Numbered from the stretch's first letter, positions 52,072-62,666 are shown. The stretch is DNA of 64,000 nt from an uncultured beta proteobacterium (GCA_963750585.1 CAVVRH010000015.1:3096-67095); one strand, 5' to 3'. The notes: generated by a model from the letters alone, not told the origin. Numbers and translations: made by a program.

Positions 52072-52998
52072 TCAATTGTCGCTCCCGCCCTGCTGCCAGG
52101 CACGACGCTGGAGCCCGAAATACGATACGAGTATCGCCGCCAACAGGAACGGCACCATCGCCGTCGCGATCGCCGCACCCTCGCCCAGTGCGCCACCCGG
52201 GATCGCCCGCTGGAACGAGAGCGTCGCCATCAGGTGCGTCGCATTGAGCGGTCCACCTCGCGTCAGCACGTAGATCAGCTGGAAATCGGTGAACGTGAAC
52301 AGCACCGAGAACGTCATCACCACCGCAATGATCGGCGTCAGCAGCGGCAGCGTCACGTGGCGGAACTGTTGCCAGGGTGAGGCGCCATCGAGGCTCGCGG
52401 CCTCGTAATACGACGGCGAGATCGTCTGCAGGCCGGCGAGAAGCGTGATCGCGACAAAGGGCACACCCCGCCAGATGTTGGCGGCGATCGTCGAAAATCG
52501 TGCATTCCACGGGTCGCCGAGGAAGTCGATGTAGCGGTCGATGACGCCCATCCTGACCAGCGCCCAGCTGACGATCGAGAACTGGGAATCGTAGATCCAC
52601 CAGAAGGCGATCGCCGACAGCGCCGTTGGCACGATGTAAGGAAGCAGTACGACGGCGCGGAAGAGCGCCTTGAACGGAAGGTGCTTGTTCAGCAGCAGCG
52701 CAAGCCAAAGGCCGAGCGCGAACTTGAACACACTTGCGACTACCGTGTAGAAGATCGTATTGAAGAGCGCGAGCCGGGTGACGGAATCCCCCCAAAGGAA
52801 CTGGAAGTTCTCGATGCCGATCCATTCGCCGCCACGGCCGATCTTGGTATCCGTGAAGCCGAGCCAAGTGCCCAGTCCCAGTGGGTAGGTCAGGAACACG
52901 AACAGCACCAGCGCTGCCGGGATCAGGAAAAGCAGACCCAGCACATGGCGGTTCTCGAGCCAGTCCTTCATCCCGCGCTCAGGTTCACGCTGCCGCAT
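52072..52998 (-). CDS. Carbohydrate ABC transporter permease (MalF-like)
   Basis: 'GIENF', EAA loop 'YEAASLDGASPWQQFRHVTLP', 'T.GGP'. Confidence 0.92.
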   Translation of the reverse strand: MRQREPERGMKDWLENRHVLGLLFLIPAALVLFVFLTYPLGLGTWLGFTDTKIGRGGEWIGIENFQFLWGDSVTRLALFNTIFYTVVASVFKFALGLWLALLLNKHLPFKALFRAVVLLPYIVPTALSAIAFWWIYDSQFSIVSWALVRMGVIDRYIDFLGDPWNARFSTIAANIWRGVPFVAITLLAGLQTISPSYYEAASLDGASPWQQFRHVTLPLLTPIIAVVMTFSVLFTFTDFQLIYVLTRGGPLNATHLMATLSFQRAIPGGALGEGAAIATAMVPFLLAAILVSYFGLQRRAWQQGGSDN

Positions 52999-53050
52999 TC
53001 ACCACACCATGACGGTGAGGGCGCCGTTTCGGTCCGGGCGCCCTTCCAAC

Positions 53051-53473
53051 TCATGCCTGTTTGACCCGGCGAACTGCCGTGCGAACGGCTTTGCGTACCG
53101 CCCCCACCGCTCGCTCGACCGCCGACTTCCCCTTGCCGGTGGTGCGCTTCGCGGCACGCTTGACCGACTTCTTCGCCGCAGGCCGTTTCGCTGCCGTCTT
53201 GTTTGTCGCGGGCCGCTTCGCCGCAGCCTTCTTTGCCGCGGACCGCTTCGCCGCAACCTTCTTCGCCGCTTTCTTTACCGTCTTCTTCGCCACCTTCTTC
53301 GCAGCGGCCTTCCGTTCAGCAGCCTGCTCGGCGCTGCTGCCGCGCTTGATGTCCATTGCATGCGCCCGCGAATACTGCTGAATGTCCTTGAACTGGCCCG
53401 CCTTGTCGCGAACCGCGTAGAGCTTCTTTCCCTTCGAGCTGTACATCACCGTGCGACGCGCTTTCTTGACCAT
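53051..53473 (-). CDS. Histone H1-like Lys/Ala-rich protein
   Basis: AGGAG RBS; short N-domain 'KKLYAVRDKAGQFKDIQ' followed by 'AAKK' repeats. Confidence 0.75.
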   Translation of the reverse strand: MVKKARRTVMYSSKGKKLYAVRDKAGQFKDIQQYSRAHAMDIKRGSSAEQAAERKAAAKKVAKKTVKKAAKKVAAKRSAAKKAAAKRPATNKTAAKRPAAKKSVKRAAKRTTGKGKSAVERAVGAVRKAVRTAVRRVKQA

Positions 53474-53656
53474 GTGCTCTCCTGTCCAGGCATGAACCCC
53501 ACCGCGGCGCTGATTCCGGCGGCCTCTCCCTTCCGGCACCGGCATTCGGCCCGGCGCGATGCCGCGGGCAGCGCGCGCCACCGAGCGGCAACGCGCACTC
53601 CGCAGATCCTTGGCCGCGCCCCGAGCGCCAGGCCGGCGCTGCGGCGCAACCGACCA

Positions 53657-54987
53657 TCACACCTTGTAGTACCGCTCCGCCCGCTTCTGCGCGCGCTCCG
53701 CCGCCTCTTTGGGCGACTTCGATCCGGACGCGGCTTCCGCGACCATATTGACGATGATGAAGTCGGCCAGCGCGCCGGCGGATGCATAGCCCATCTTCCC
53801 TGCGTAGCCCGACGGAATCATGTTGACCATCGAATTGCGATACGGCGTGTGCTTCGGGTCGACGGTCCAGATCGGGTTCTTCTCGTAATACTTGAGCGCC
53901 GGCGTAACGTAGCCGATGGCCGCCTGCACCCAGGGGTCCATCTGCTCGGCTTCCATCATGAACCGGAGGTATTCCTTCGCCGCCTTCGGGTATTTGGTGT
54001 ACTTGAAGATCATCTGGTTGAAGAACAACTGGAACTCGGTGGGCCGTCCAATCGGGCCAATCGGCATGTTGGCGTGGTTGATGTCCGCCGCCATCTCCTT
54101 GACTTTCGGGTCCTGTGAGTTCTTGGCAGCGTAATAGACGGAAATGCCGTTGTTGGTCAGCGAAATCTGCCCGTCGAGAAACGCCTTGTTGTTGTTCGGG
54201 TCGAGCCACGACAGCGTGCCCGGCACGAACGTGCCATAGAGCTCCTTCACGTACTCGAGCGCACGTACGGTCTCGGGGCTGTCGATCACCACCTTGTTGT
54301 TCGCGTCGACCAGCTTGCCTCCGAATGACCAAACCAGCCACTGGCACCAGGTGTTGCCGTCGCCGGTCGCGTTGCCGAGCGCGAAGCCCGGGGGCGTACC
54401 CTTGTCCTTCAGCGCCTTGCAGAGCTTCAGGAATCCGTCGGTGTCCTTCGGAAAGCTGTCGAAGCCTGCTGCCTTCATGTGGCTTTCGCGGTACACCATG
54501 CACACGCCTGCGACACCGAGCGGCACGCCGATCCAGTTCTTGCCGTTGGGGCGCAGATACGGGTCGCACACGGGATACCAGCCGCCGTACTTGGCGCCCA
54601 GATAGGTGCAGACGTCGGTGACGTCGAGCAGCTTCTCGGGATAGAGGTTCGCGTCGTCGTTGGTCGACAGGATGATGTCGGGGCCCGCGCCGGTGTTTGC
54701 CGCGACGGCCGCTTTTGGACGGACGTCCTCCCAGCCCTCGTTGTCCACCCGGACCTCGATGCTGTATTTGTCGGAGAACGCCTTGACGTTCTTAATGTAC
54801 TGGTCGATGTCGCCCTGGACGAACCGGCTCCACCGCAGCACGCGCAGCTTGGCCCCCTTCTCCGGCTGGCTGTTCCATGCTCGGGCGATTGCGCGTTTGC
54901 CGCCGGCACCAGCAGCGTGCCGGATGCGGCGGCGGCGGCGACGCCGGCAGTGGTTTTCAGAAAATCGCGACGATTGCCGTTGCTCAT
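53657..54987 (-). CDS. ABC transporter sugar-type substrate-binding protein with Tat signal; frameshift near 54880
   Basis: 'NRRDFLKTT' twin-arginine signal in one frame, mature SBP ('LRWSRFV', 'GPDI', 'AAKEYLRFM') in another. Confidence 0.88.
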
Positions 54988-55030
54988 AAGCTCCTCCGGG
55001 TTGACGTTTTCGAACCAGCGCCTTGGTACA

Positions 55031-56096
55031 TCAGGCGGCGAGCCGTTGTCCGGTCGCCGCGTCGAACAGGTGCGAGCGCGCGAGGTCGGGCGAAAGCGCG
55101 ATCCGCTCGCCCGGGTTGACGGTGGTACGGTCGCGCAGGACGGCGCTCACCTCCTGCGTACCGAACTTGCAATAGAGCTGCGTGTCGGCGCCTGTCGGCT
55201 CGACGACGATGACTTCGACCGGCAGGCCCTCGCTGGCCAGCGCGCAGTGCTCGGGCCGCATCCCGTACAGCACCGGCTGCCCCTCGTTTGCCTGTGCGCC
55301 GTGTGGCAGCGCCAGGCTCGCGCCACCCTTGAGCTCGACGCGACCGCCGCCGCGCACGGTACCGGGAAGCATGTTCATCGCGGGCGAGCCGATGAATCCG
55401 GCGACGAACGTGTTGGCCGGACGGTCATAGAGCTCGAGCGGCGCGCCCGACTGCTCGATGTCGCCGTCGTGCATGACGACGATCTTGTCGGCCATCGTCA
55501 TCGCCTCGATCTGGTCGTGCGTCACGTAGATCGATGGTCGTCCTGAGGCGCTGGTGCAGCTCCTTGATCTCGGTGCGCATCTGCACGCGCAGCTTGGCGT
55601 CGAGGTTCGACAGCGGCTCGTCGAACAGAAAGACCTGCGGGTCGCGCACGATCGCCCGGCCCATCGCCACGCGCTGACGCTGGCCGCCGGAAAGCTGGCG
55701 CGGATAGCGGTCGAGGTAGCGTCGTCAGGCCGAGGATCTCGGCCGCCTTCTTCACCCGCTCTTCGATCTCGGCCTTCGGCTGCTTCGCGAGCATCAGCGC
55801 GAACGCCATGTTGTCGCGCGACCGTCATGTGCGGATAGAGCGCGTAGTTCTGGAACACCATCGCGATGTCGCGCTCCTTGGGCGGCACGTGGTTCACCAC
55901 GCGGCCGCCGATGGAGATCTCGCCGTCGGTGATCTCCTCCAGTCCGGCGATCATGCGCAGCAGCGTCGACTTGCCGCAGCCGGAGGGACCGACGAGAACG
56001 CACGAACTCGCCGTCGGCAATGGTGATGTCGACCCCGCGAATCACGTGGGTCGATCCGAACCATTTCTGCACGGCGGCGATTGTCACACCGGCCAT
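55031..56096 (-). CDS. MalK/UgpC-like ABC ATP-binding protein; several frameshifts
   Basis: 'GPSGCGKST', '[12 protein letters not shown]', '[13 protein letters not shown]', '[11 protein letters not shown]', TOBE 'VEPTGA'; pieces in different frames. Confidence 0.9.
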
Positions 56097-56113
56097 TGCG
56101 CTCCTCCTCGCCC

Positions 56114-57126
56114 TTATGTCTTCTTCTGCCGCGGCGACAGGCGATCGCGCCGCGCAGTGTTCACGGGGTCCGCGTTCCCCGCGCTACGATATAGTCGGGC
56201 CGCCCTGAAGACAGCCGACGTGATCAGGTTCTGCGCCGCCTTGCGCCGCAGTTCCTGCTCGGCCTCCAGCGAAAAGAACGCGGCGTGCGGCGTCAGGACG
56301 ACGCGGATCGGAAAGCAGTGGCGAGTTCCTGGGAATGGGCTCCCGGGCAGGACGTCGAGGCCGGCGCCGGACAGTATTCCAGCATCGAGCGCGGCGAGCA
56401 AATCGGGCATCGCCACCACCGCGCCACGGGCTGTGTTCACCAGAAACGAACCCGGCCGCAGCGTCCCGAAGAAGGCGGTATTGATCATGCCCCGTGTCTC
56501 GGCCGTGAGCGGGGTATGCAGCGAGACGACGTCGGCTGCTGCGAAAGCTGGCCGAGCGCGTGCACCCGGTCGACGTACACGGGGAGATCGCCGTCGATCA
56601 GGTATGGGTCGTAGGCAATCACACGCTTGAACACGTCGCGCGAGATGTGCGCCATCCGCTTGCCGATGCGCCCGAGTCCGACGATGCCGAGCGTCATCTC
56701 GCGCGCACGGCGCAGCGGTCCGGACGAAAGGTAGTGCCACTTGCCGGCAGCGATGTCGCGGTGATAGGCGACGATGTTGCGCATCATCGCGAGCGCCAGT
56801 CCGAGCGCGTGTGTCGCCACCTCGCCCACACCATAGTCGGGCGAATTTGCCACCCAGACGCCGAGGCGCGCGCACGCGTCCGCGTCGACCGTGTCGTACC
56901 CGGCACCGATGCGGCTCACGATGCCAAGCTCCGGAAGCCCAGTCACGACGCGCTCGGTGATCGGGGCGTACTGGAGCAATATCCCGTAGCAGCCCTTGGC
57001 GGCGGCGATCACCTGGTCCTCGGTGCGGCATTGCGCGACCTCGACGTCGATTCCGTGTCTGGCGAATAGATCGCGCTCCAGGTCGATATCCGGAAAGTCG
57101 TGGTCGGCGAAAAGAACGCGCGGCAT
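56114..57126 (-). CDS. D-isomer-specific 2-hydroxyacid dehydrogenase; frameshifted
   Basis: 'GIVGLGRIG', 'ADVVSLHTPLT.ET', 'VNTARG', 'LDV', 'TPHAAF'; 3' end uncertain. Confidence 0.88.
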
Positions 57127-57264
57127 GGGGCGGTGGGCGACGTCGATGCGAGGCGGACGTTAACCGTAGCGCAGGAGGCGGTCAAGCGGGGGTTTGCGCG
57201 CGGCGGGTGGCGTCAGGCGCCATAGTATGATTCAAGGTCCGTCCTGTTCCGCCGTGCGCACACG

Positions 57265-58293
57265 ATGACGAGCCTCCTGCAGACGACGATCGCCGGAAGC
57301 CTGCCGAAGCCCGCCTGGCTCGCCATGCCGAACGCGCTGTGGGCGCCGTGGCGACTCGAGGGAGCCGCGCTCGCGGAAGGCAAGCGCGATGCCGTGCGGC
57401 TTGCGGTCCTCGAACAGGAGCGAGCAGGCATCGACATCGTCACCGATGGCGAGCAGACGCGCCGGCACTTCGTTACGACCTTCATCGAGGGACTGGACGG
57501 TGTCGATTTCGAGCACCGCAAGGTGATTCGCATCCGCGACCGCTACGACGCCGACGTGCCGGTGGTCACCGGACAGGTCGCGCGGCGCCATCCGATCTAC
57601 GTGGACGACGCCGCGTTCCTGCGGGGCGTCACCTCGCACAGGGTCAAGTACACGCTGCCCGGCCCGATGACGATGGTGGACACGCTCTTCGACGCGCATT
57701 ACGGCAGCCGCGAGAAGCTCGCGTGGGCGTTCGCCGAGATACTGAACGAGGAGGCGAGGGCGATCGCCGCCACGGGTGTGGACGTGATCCAGTTCGACGA
57801 GCCCGCGTTCAACGTCTATTTCGACGAAGTGCGCGACTGGGGCATTGCCGCACTGGAGCGTGCCGCCGCCGGACTCGTGTGCAAGACCGCGGTGCACATC
57901 TGCTACGGCTATGGCATCAAGGCGAACATCGAGTGGAAGAAGTCGCTCGGCAGCGAGTGGCGCCAATACGAAGGGACGTTCCCGCTGCTTGCGGGCTCCG
58001 CGATCGCACAGGTGTCGCTCGAGTGCGCGAACTCGCGCGTGCCGATCGAACTGCTCGGGTTGCTGAAGGGCAAGGACGTTCTGGTCGGCGCGATCGACGT
58101 TGCCTCCGAGCAGGTGGAGAGCGCGGAAGAGGTTGCCACCGTGATCCGGTCGGCTCTCGCACACGTGCCGGCCGAGCGCCTGTATCCGTGCACGAATTGT
58201 GGAATGGTGCCGCTGCCAAGGGAGATCGCCGCCGGGAAGTTGCGCGCGCTCGCCACGGGAGCCGCGCTGGTGCGTGCGGAGCTGAAACCCTGA
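57265..58293 (+). CDS. Short cobalamin-independent methionine synthase (MesD-like core family)
   Basis: 'AGSLPKP.WLA', 'DGEQTR.HFVTTFIE', 'PGPMTM.DT', Zn ligands 'HICYG' and 'TNCG'; single-barrel length (342 aa). Confidence 0.9.
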   Translation: MTSLLQTTIAGSLPKPAWLAMPNALWAPWRLEGAALAEGKRDAVRLAVLEQERAGIDIVTDGEQTRRHFVTTFIEGLDGVDFEHRKVIRIRDRYDADVPVVTGQVARRHPIYVDDAAFLRGVTSHRVKYTLPGPMTMVDTLFDAHYGSREKLAWAFAEILNEEARAIAATGVDVIQFDEPAFNVYFDEVRDWGIAALERAAAGLVCKTAVHICYGYGIKANIEWKKSLGSEWRQYEGTFPLLAGSAIAQVSLECANSRVPIELLGLLKGKDVLVGAIDVASEQVESAEEVATVIRSALAHVPAERLYPCTNCGMVPLPREIAAGKLRALATGAALVRAELKP

Positions 58294-58503
58294 ACGTCTC
58301 CCGACCGACGGGCTGGATTTTTCGGGTCGCCTGGTGTATGGTCCCGGCGTTGTTTGTGGTCCCAAGTAGAGAAGCACTTGCCACCCGGCGGTCCAAGATC
58401 GTGACCGTCGCCAGCAGTCCCTTCCATCCTTGAGATTCGAACACCACGCCGGGCCCGCCCGGCAAACATCTTTTTCTTCAATCGTTTCAAGGATTCAGCA
58501 AAA

Positions 58504-58707
58504 ATGGCTACCGGTACGGTCAAGTGGTTCAACGATGCGAAGGGCTTCGGCTTCATCACCCCGGATGGCGGCGGCGAAGACCTGTTCGCGCATTTCACGG
58601 CGATCAAGGGTCAAGGTTTCAAGACGCTGAAGGAGGGCCAGAAGGTCTCCTTCGACATCGCAACCGGCCCGAAGGGCAAGCAGGCGACCAACATCCAGGC
58701 CGCCTGA
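58504..58707 (+). CDS. cspA: Cold-shock protein
   Basis: 'GTVKWFN..KGFGFI', 'DLFAHF', 'FKTL.EGQKV'; paralogue identity uncertain. Confidence 0.95.
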   Translation: MATGTVKWFNDAKGFGFITPDGGGEDLFAHFTAIKGQGFKTLKEGQKVSFDIATGPKGKQATNIQAA

Positions 58708-58728
58708 CGCCTCGCACGCGGCACCCTG

Positions 58729-58760
58729 AAAAAGCCGGGCGTTTTTGCCCGGCTTTTTTT
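58729..58760 (+). terminator. Bidirectional intrinsic terminator
   Basis: AAAAAGCCGGGC-gttttt-GCCCGGCTTTTTTT between convergent genes. Confidence 0.85.
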
Positions 58761-58914
58761 CACGCAGCGCCGCTGGACATGGTCGGAAATGGACCGCCTG
58801 TGCAACTCCGGCAGCGTCCCGCGCCCGCAATAACCAAGGTTTTCTGCATCGATCGATTCGCGGCCCGGGAACATGCCGCGCACCCGGTTCTGTGGCGGAC
58901 AGGTGTGGGCGATC

Positions 58915-59793
58915 TCAGGCCGGCTTGCGACAACCGAAATACAGGATGTACCCCGCTTCCGGATCGTCGACCAGCGGGTTTCCGAGCACGAAGTCCGGGT
59001 AGTGGAACTCGCCGGTTGCGCGCGTTACCGCCATCTCGCACACACCGCGCGCGGCCGCCACTTCGAAGCCGGATTGCACGAGCAGCTCCCGCAGTTCATG
59101 CGCGTGATACTCGTGCTTGTGCTCCGGGTGGATCAGCCCTCCGCCCAGGTCCTTCATGTGGATTCGCGTGACTCCTCGATTGGGCGTATCCAGGCAGAAC
59201 GCGCCGCCCGGCTTCAGAACCCGCAGCGCCTCGCGGCACATTCGTCCGCCCGATGCCAGGTCGACATGTTCGATGCTCTGCCCGGACCAGACAAGGTCGA
59301 ACGTCGCGTCATCGAAAGCGTCAAGGCGCGTCATGTCGCAGTAGTGAATTACCACCTCGCCGCCGTCGTGCGGCGGTGCGACCGCAATTTGGCGATACAT
59401 CTCGTGTCGGGCCTCCGGGGGAAGATCGACCATCACGAGGCGCCGGAACGGGTGCGCGTATCCCATCCGGTACAGCGGCGCGTTGGCGCCGCCAAGATCG
59501 AGCACGTGCGCTGCCGCTGGCAGCAGCCGCCGGATCATCAGTTGGCGGGCGCGATGGATCAGGTACAGGTGCGCATCGATCGCGCGTTCGCAAAGCCGGC
59601 CGAGGAACTCGCTCGAGTAGGCAAGCTGCAATGCGAGCGCAAATTCGTCGAAAGTGCCATCGCGCACGCGGTTCGAAAGCGATTGGCGTGCAGGCTCGTC
59701 GAGATCGCGGCCGAGCAACGCCTGATAGAGCAGGGAGGCGCGCTCCAGGGAGCTGCCGAGGTCAGCGGTGTGGTCCGCTCGAGACGCAGTCAT
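58915..59793 (-). CDS. Class I SAM-dependent methyltransferase with short N-terminal helical extension
   Basis: 'VLDLGGA', 'FDLVWS.QSIEHV', 'RVLKPGG....TPN'; N-term 'LYQALLGRD.D'. Confidence 0.85.
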   Translation of the reverse strand: MTASRADHTADLGSSLERASLLYQALLGRDLDEPARQSLSNRVRDGTFDEFALALQLAYSSEFLGRLCERAIDAHLYLIHRARQLMIRRLLPAAAHVLDLGGANAPLYRMGYAHPFRRLVMVDLPPEARHEMYRQIAVAPPHDGGEVVIHYCDMTRLDAFDDATFDLVWSGQSIEHVDLASGGRMCREALRVLKPGGAFCLDTPNRGVTRIHMKDLGGGLIHPEHKHEYHAHELRELLVQSGFEVAAARGVCEMAVTRATGEFHYPDFVLGNPLVDDPEAGYILYFGCRKPA

Positions 59794-59900
59794 TCGCTTG
59801 AAGTCCGGTCGAAAGAGCGCTCAATCATATCGGATGGGACAGCGATCGGCCTCACGCGGCGAGCGTGCTCCCGGAGGGATAACGGTGGCGCGCCGGGCGC

Positions 59901-60313
59901 CTAACCGAGCTTCGCCGCGATACCCGCGGCGAACCGTTCGTCGACGCGCTTGAAGTGCGCGAGCTGCTATTGGAGGGAGAAAGCGCGGCCTGCTCCACCT
60001 CGGCGAAGTGGTTCTCCGGGTTGCGGTTGGGTTCCATTTCGCCGACTTCGATCAACGGGTAATCCTTATGCGGCCAGATCGTGGTGAGGTCGAACGGATT
60101 CCACCGGCAACTGGCAGTATCTGTGTCGGTCATCACCTGGACGCACACGCGCCAACGTGGAAACTCGCCACGCTCGATCGCGTGGCACAGATCGCGCTGG
60201 GCGTAGTCGGGGTCGGTGCTGGACAGCGCTTTCGCGTCCTGCGGGCGAAGGTTGCGGATGCCCTGCTTCGACTTGAAGCGCCATTTCACCCACCCGCGCT
60301 CGCCCTTCTCCAA
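59901..60313 (-). pseudogene. Monofunctional catalase remnant
   Basis: '[12 protein letters not shown]', 'DPDYAQRDL', 'NPFDLT.IWPH', '[18 protein letters not shown]' then a jump to a catalase-like C-terminus '[21 protein letters not shown]'. Confidence 0.85.
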
Positions 60314-60610
60314 TTGATCTTGGCTATGCGCGGCATAGCGATGGGCTATCCATTTTCGAATGGCACCTGCGGAAGCGCGCAGCGACCCGTGCTGGTCGCC
60401 TGGACGTTCACCATCGGCATCGTACGGTCCGCTCCGATCTCTCCAACGATCCGTCTCTCAGGTCGCGGGGCACCGCGCAGGACATGGAACGCGTGCCCAT
60501 GACCCCTGGACACGTTCAGGATGCGGTCCGGGTCTTCCCCCACTACGTCATCCAGACTGCGCCGGTATGCGAGCCGCGAACTGCGTCCGCGTGCGGCGCG
60601 GCAGGCAAAC

Positions 60611-61672
60611 CTACTTGCACAGACCCAGTATCCGCTCCTGCTGCGAACATGGCTTTGCCGGCTGCGATCTCTCCGGCGATCCCGTCTTCGACTCTCCGGC
60701 GATGCAGGATTTCATCTCGCGCGCCGTCGGGGCATAGTAGAACCATCCCCGACCGAGATCCGGGAGGGCGAGCTCCACCTCGTGCCACTTCGGATGCCCT
60801 TTCTCCCGCAGCGTCGGGAAGTTCTGGCAGAGCGAACGCGAGAATCGCCGCAGATAATTCTCGGTGCTCTTGAGTTGGTAATCGTAGGTGACCAGAAACG
60901 CCTTGACCGCCAGGCCGGACAAATCCTCCGTGAGCAGGTTTGGATAGCTGCTCGCGCGCACCGTCGCGGGGAAGTAGGTCTTGAGCGCTGCCTTGCTCGA
61001 TGGATGGTTGGGGTCGAACTTGAGCAACTTGATGAGTTGGCGGGCCTCGGGCTTCATGTCGGCAAGCAGCTTTGCCGGCTGGCCCGCGACGACGGCCACC
61101 ACGTCAATCGTCTTGTCCGTGATCAGTTTGACCAGCGCCTCCTCGTTGGAAACGTAGGTCGTGCTGCCTTCGGACATGGATTCGCCGAACATCAGCCGGT
61201 AGAGCGTCGCCGACGTGAGTGCCGTGCCGCTTCCTTGCTCGCCCGCATTGATCTTCGCGCCCTTGATCTCGTGAACATAATTCCGGTCCGAGTCGGCCCG
61301 CGCGATGAAGTAGATCTCCTCGTTGTAGAGCGGCATGATCACGCGCAGCGGCCGGATCATCGCGCCGGCCTCCGCATTGCCGCCGGCCGCCAGGTCGAGA
61401 AACGCCTGATAGACGTCCGACTGCACCAGCGCAAACTTGACGCCTGGCTCGTAACGCAGCCGTCGAACGTTCTCCGCCGATCCCGCCGAGGGCACCGCAT
61501 CGAGCTCTATGTCCGCCGCGGGAGCAACAAACTGCGCGAGGTCTTTGCCGATCTTGATATAGGTCCCTCGCTCGGACGCGGTCACGATCTTGTATTCCGC
61601 AGCGGCGAGCGCCACCGTGCCGTGACACAGCAACCCCGCTGCCAGCAGCCAGAACCAGAACGTACGTTTCAT
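60611..61672 (-). CDS. TAXI-family TRAP solute-binding protein
   Basis: Signal peptide; 'TAS..GTY', 'SAGSAEN', 'ALVQSD', 'LYNEEI', 'G..GSGT'; Cys-containing tail. Confidence 0.85.
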   Translation of the reverse strand: MKRTFWFWLLAAGLLCHGTVALAAAEYKIVTASERGTYIKIGKDLAQFVAPAADIELDAVPSAGSAENVRRLRYEPGVKFALVQSDVYQAFLDLAAGGNAEAGAMIRPLRVIMPLYNEEIYFIARADSDRNYVHEIKGAKINAGEQGSGTALTSATLYRLMFGESMSEGSTTYVSNEEALVKLITDKTIDVVAVVAGQPAKLLADMKPEARQLIKLLKFDPNHPSSKAALKTYFPATVRASSYPNLLTEDLSGLAVKAFLVTYDYQLKSTENYLRRFSRSLCQNFPTLREKGHPKWHEVELALPDLGRGWFYYAPTAREMKSCIAGESKTGSPERSQPAKPCSQQERILGLCK

Positions 61673-61673
61673 G

Positions 61674-62666
61674 CTATTTCTCCCCCTGTTTGGTACCCGG
61701 GCTGCAGAACCCGAGCGCTGCGACGGCTTCCGGACACTCCTTGAAGATCGGCGGATCCTGACGGGGTTTCGCCGCGACATCGGTTGCAGGCGATGGCCGT
61801 GTGGTCGTGGCGGTGGCTGCGCCCGGGGATACAGCAGCCGGGCGACTTGCAGATGCAGGATCCGGAACAGGCACGGCGGCCTGCGCCGGACCGGGATCGT
61901 GCCGAGGTCTTGCGACGACGGCCGCTGGCGCCTTGTCACTCCCTTCCGCTCCTGCTCCAAGCTTGGACGTGGTGGCGCTTGGTGCAGATGCGGCGTCGAT
62001 CTGTTGTGTCGGTACGCTCGGCAGCGTGGCGCCGCCGGAAATTGGCCCCCCCGGCATTCTGGGGTCGCCTGGCCTTGCGATTTGCTTCTCTTCAAGTGGC
62101 TGCGCAGGGCGGTTGTAATGGTTCTAGACCGCGATGGCAGCCACCGCGATCATTCGTGCCGGCAACGCAATGCGCCACGGGCGCCGCGAATGGGTTGTGC
62201 GCCGCTACGCTGTCGGATGGGACCGGTTCTTCCACCTGCTGCGGCTCGAGCACGGAGTTAGTCGGAACCGGTTCCAGGTGCGCGGGCTCTGGACCATTGG
62301 TTTCGTCCACTTCCTCCCGAACTTCGGCGACTTCCGGCTGCGAAGCTGGTTGAACCACGCTGGAGTCTGCGCTGCGGACTCCGGCCCGGCCTTGCGCTCG
62401 ATTATTACGCCCGCGTCACGCAATGCCCGATCCGTGGCCTCGTTCTCCAGCGTCGACGGGGCCGGCGCGACCGCGGGTCCGGATGGCACGTGCACCGGGA
62501 ATTCCGCACCGCACTTGTAGCAGTTTCTCGCGGTCCGGTTGTCGATCGCACCGCATTGGCTGCATGGCTGCAGGTGCAACAGCAAGCCACGCTCGTTGCA
62601 GAATCTCGCACCTGCAAGATTCAGGTGGTTGCAGAAAAGGCACCGAAGCGAAGGCATCGACGACAT
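61674..62666 (-). pseudogene. Zinc-ribbon / single-TM / low-complexity protein, disrupted by two frameshifts and an in-frame TAG
   Basis: N-term CxxC cluster 'CLFC..N..GARFC...PCSQCG...CYKCG'; 'RRPWRIALPARMIAVAAIAV*NHY'; C-term 'CPEAVAALGFC'. Confidence 0.65.
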
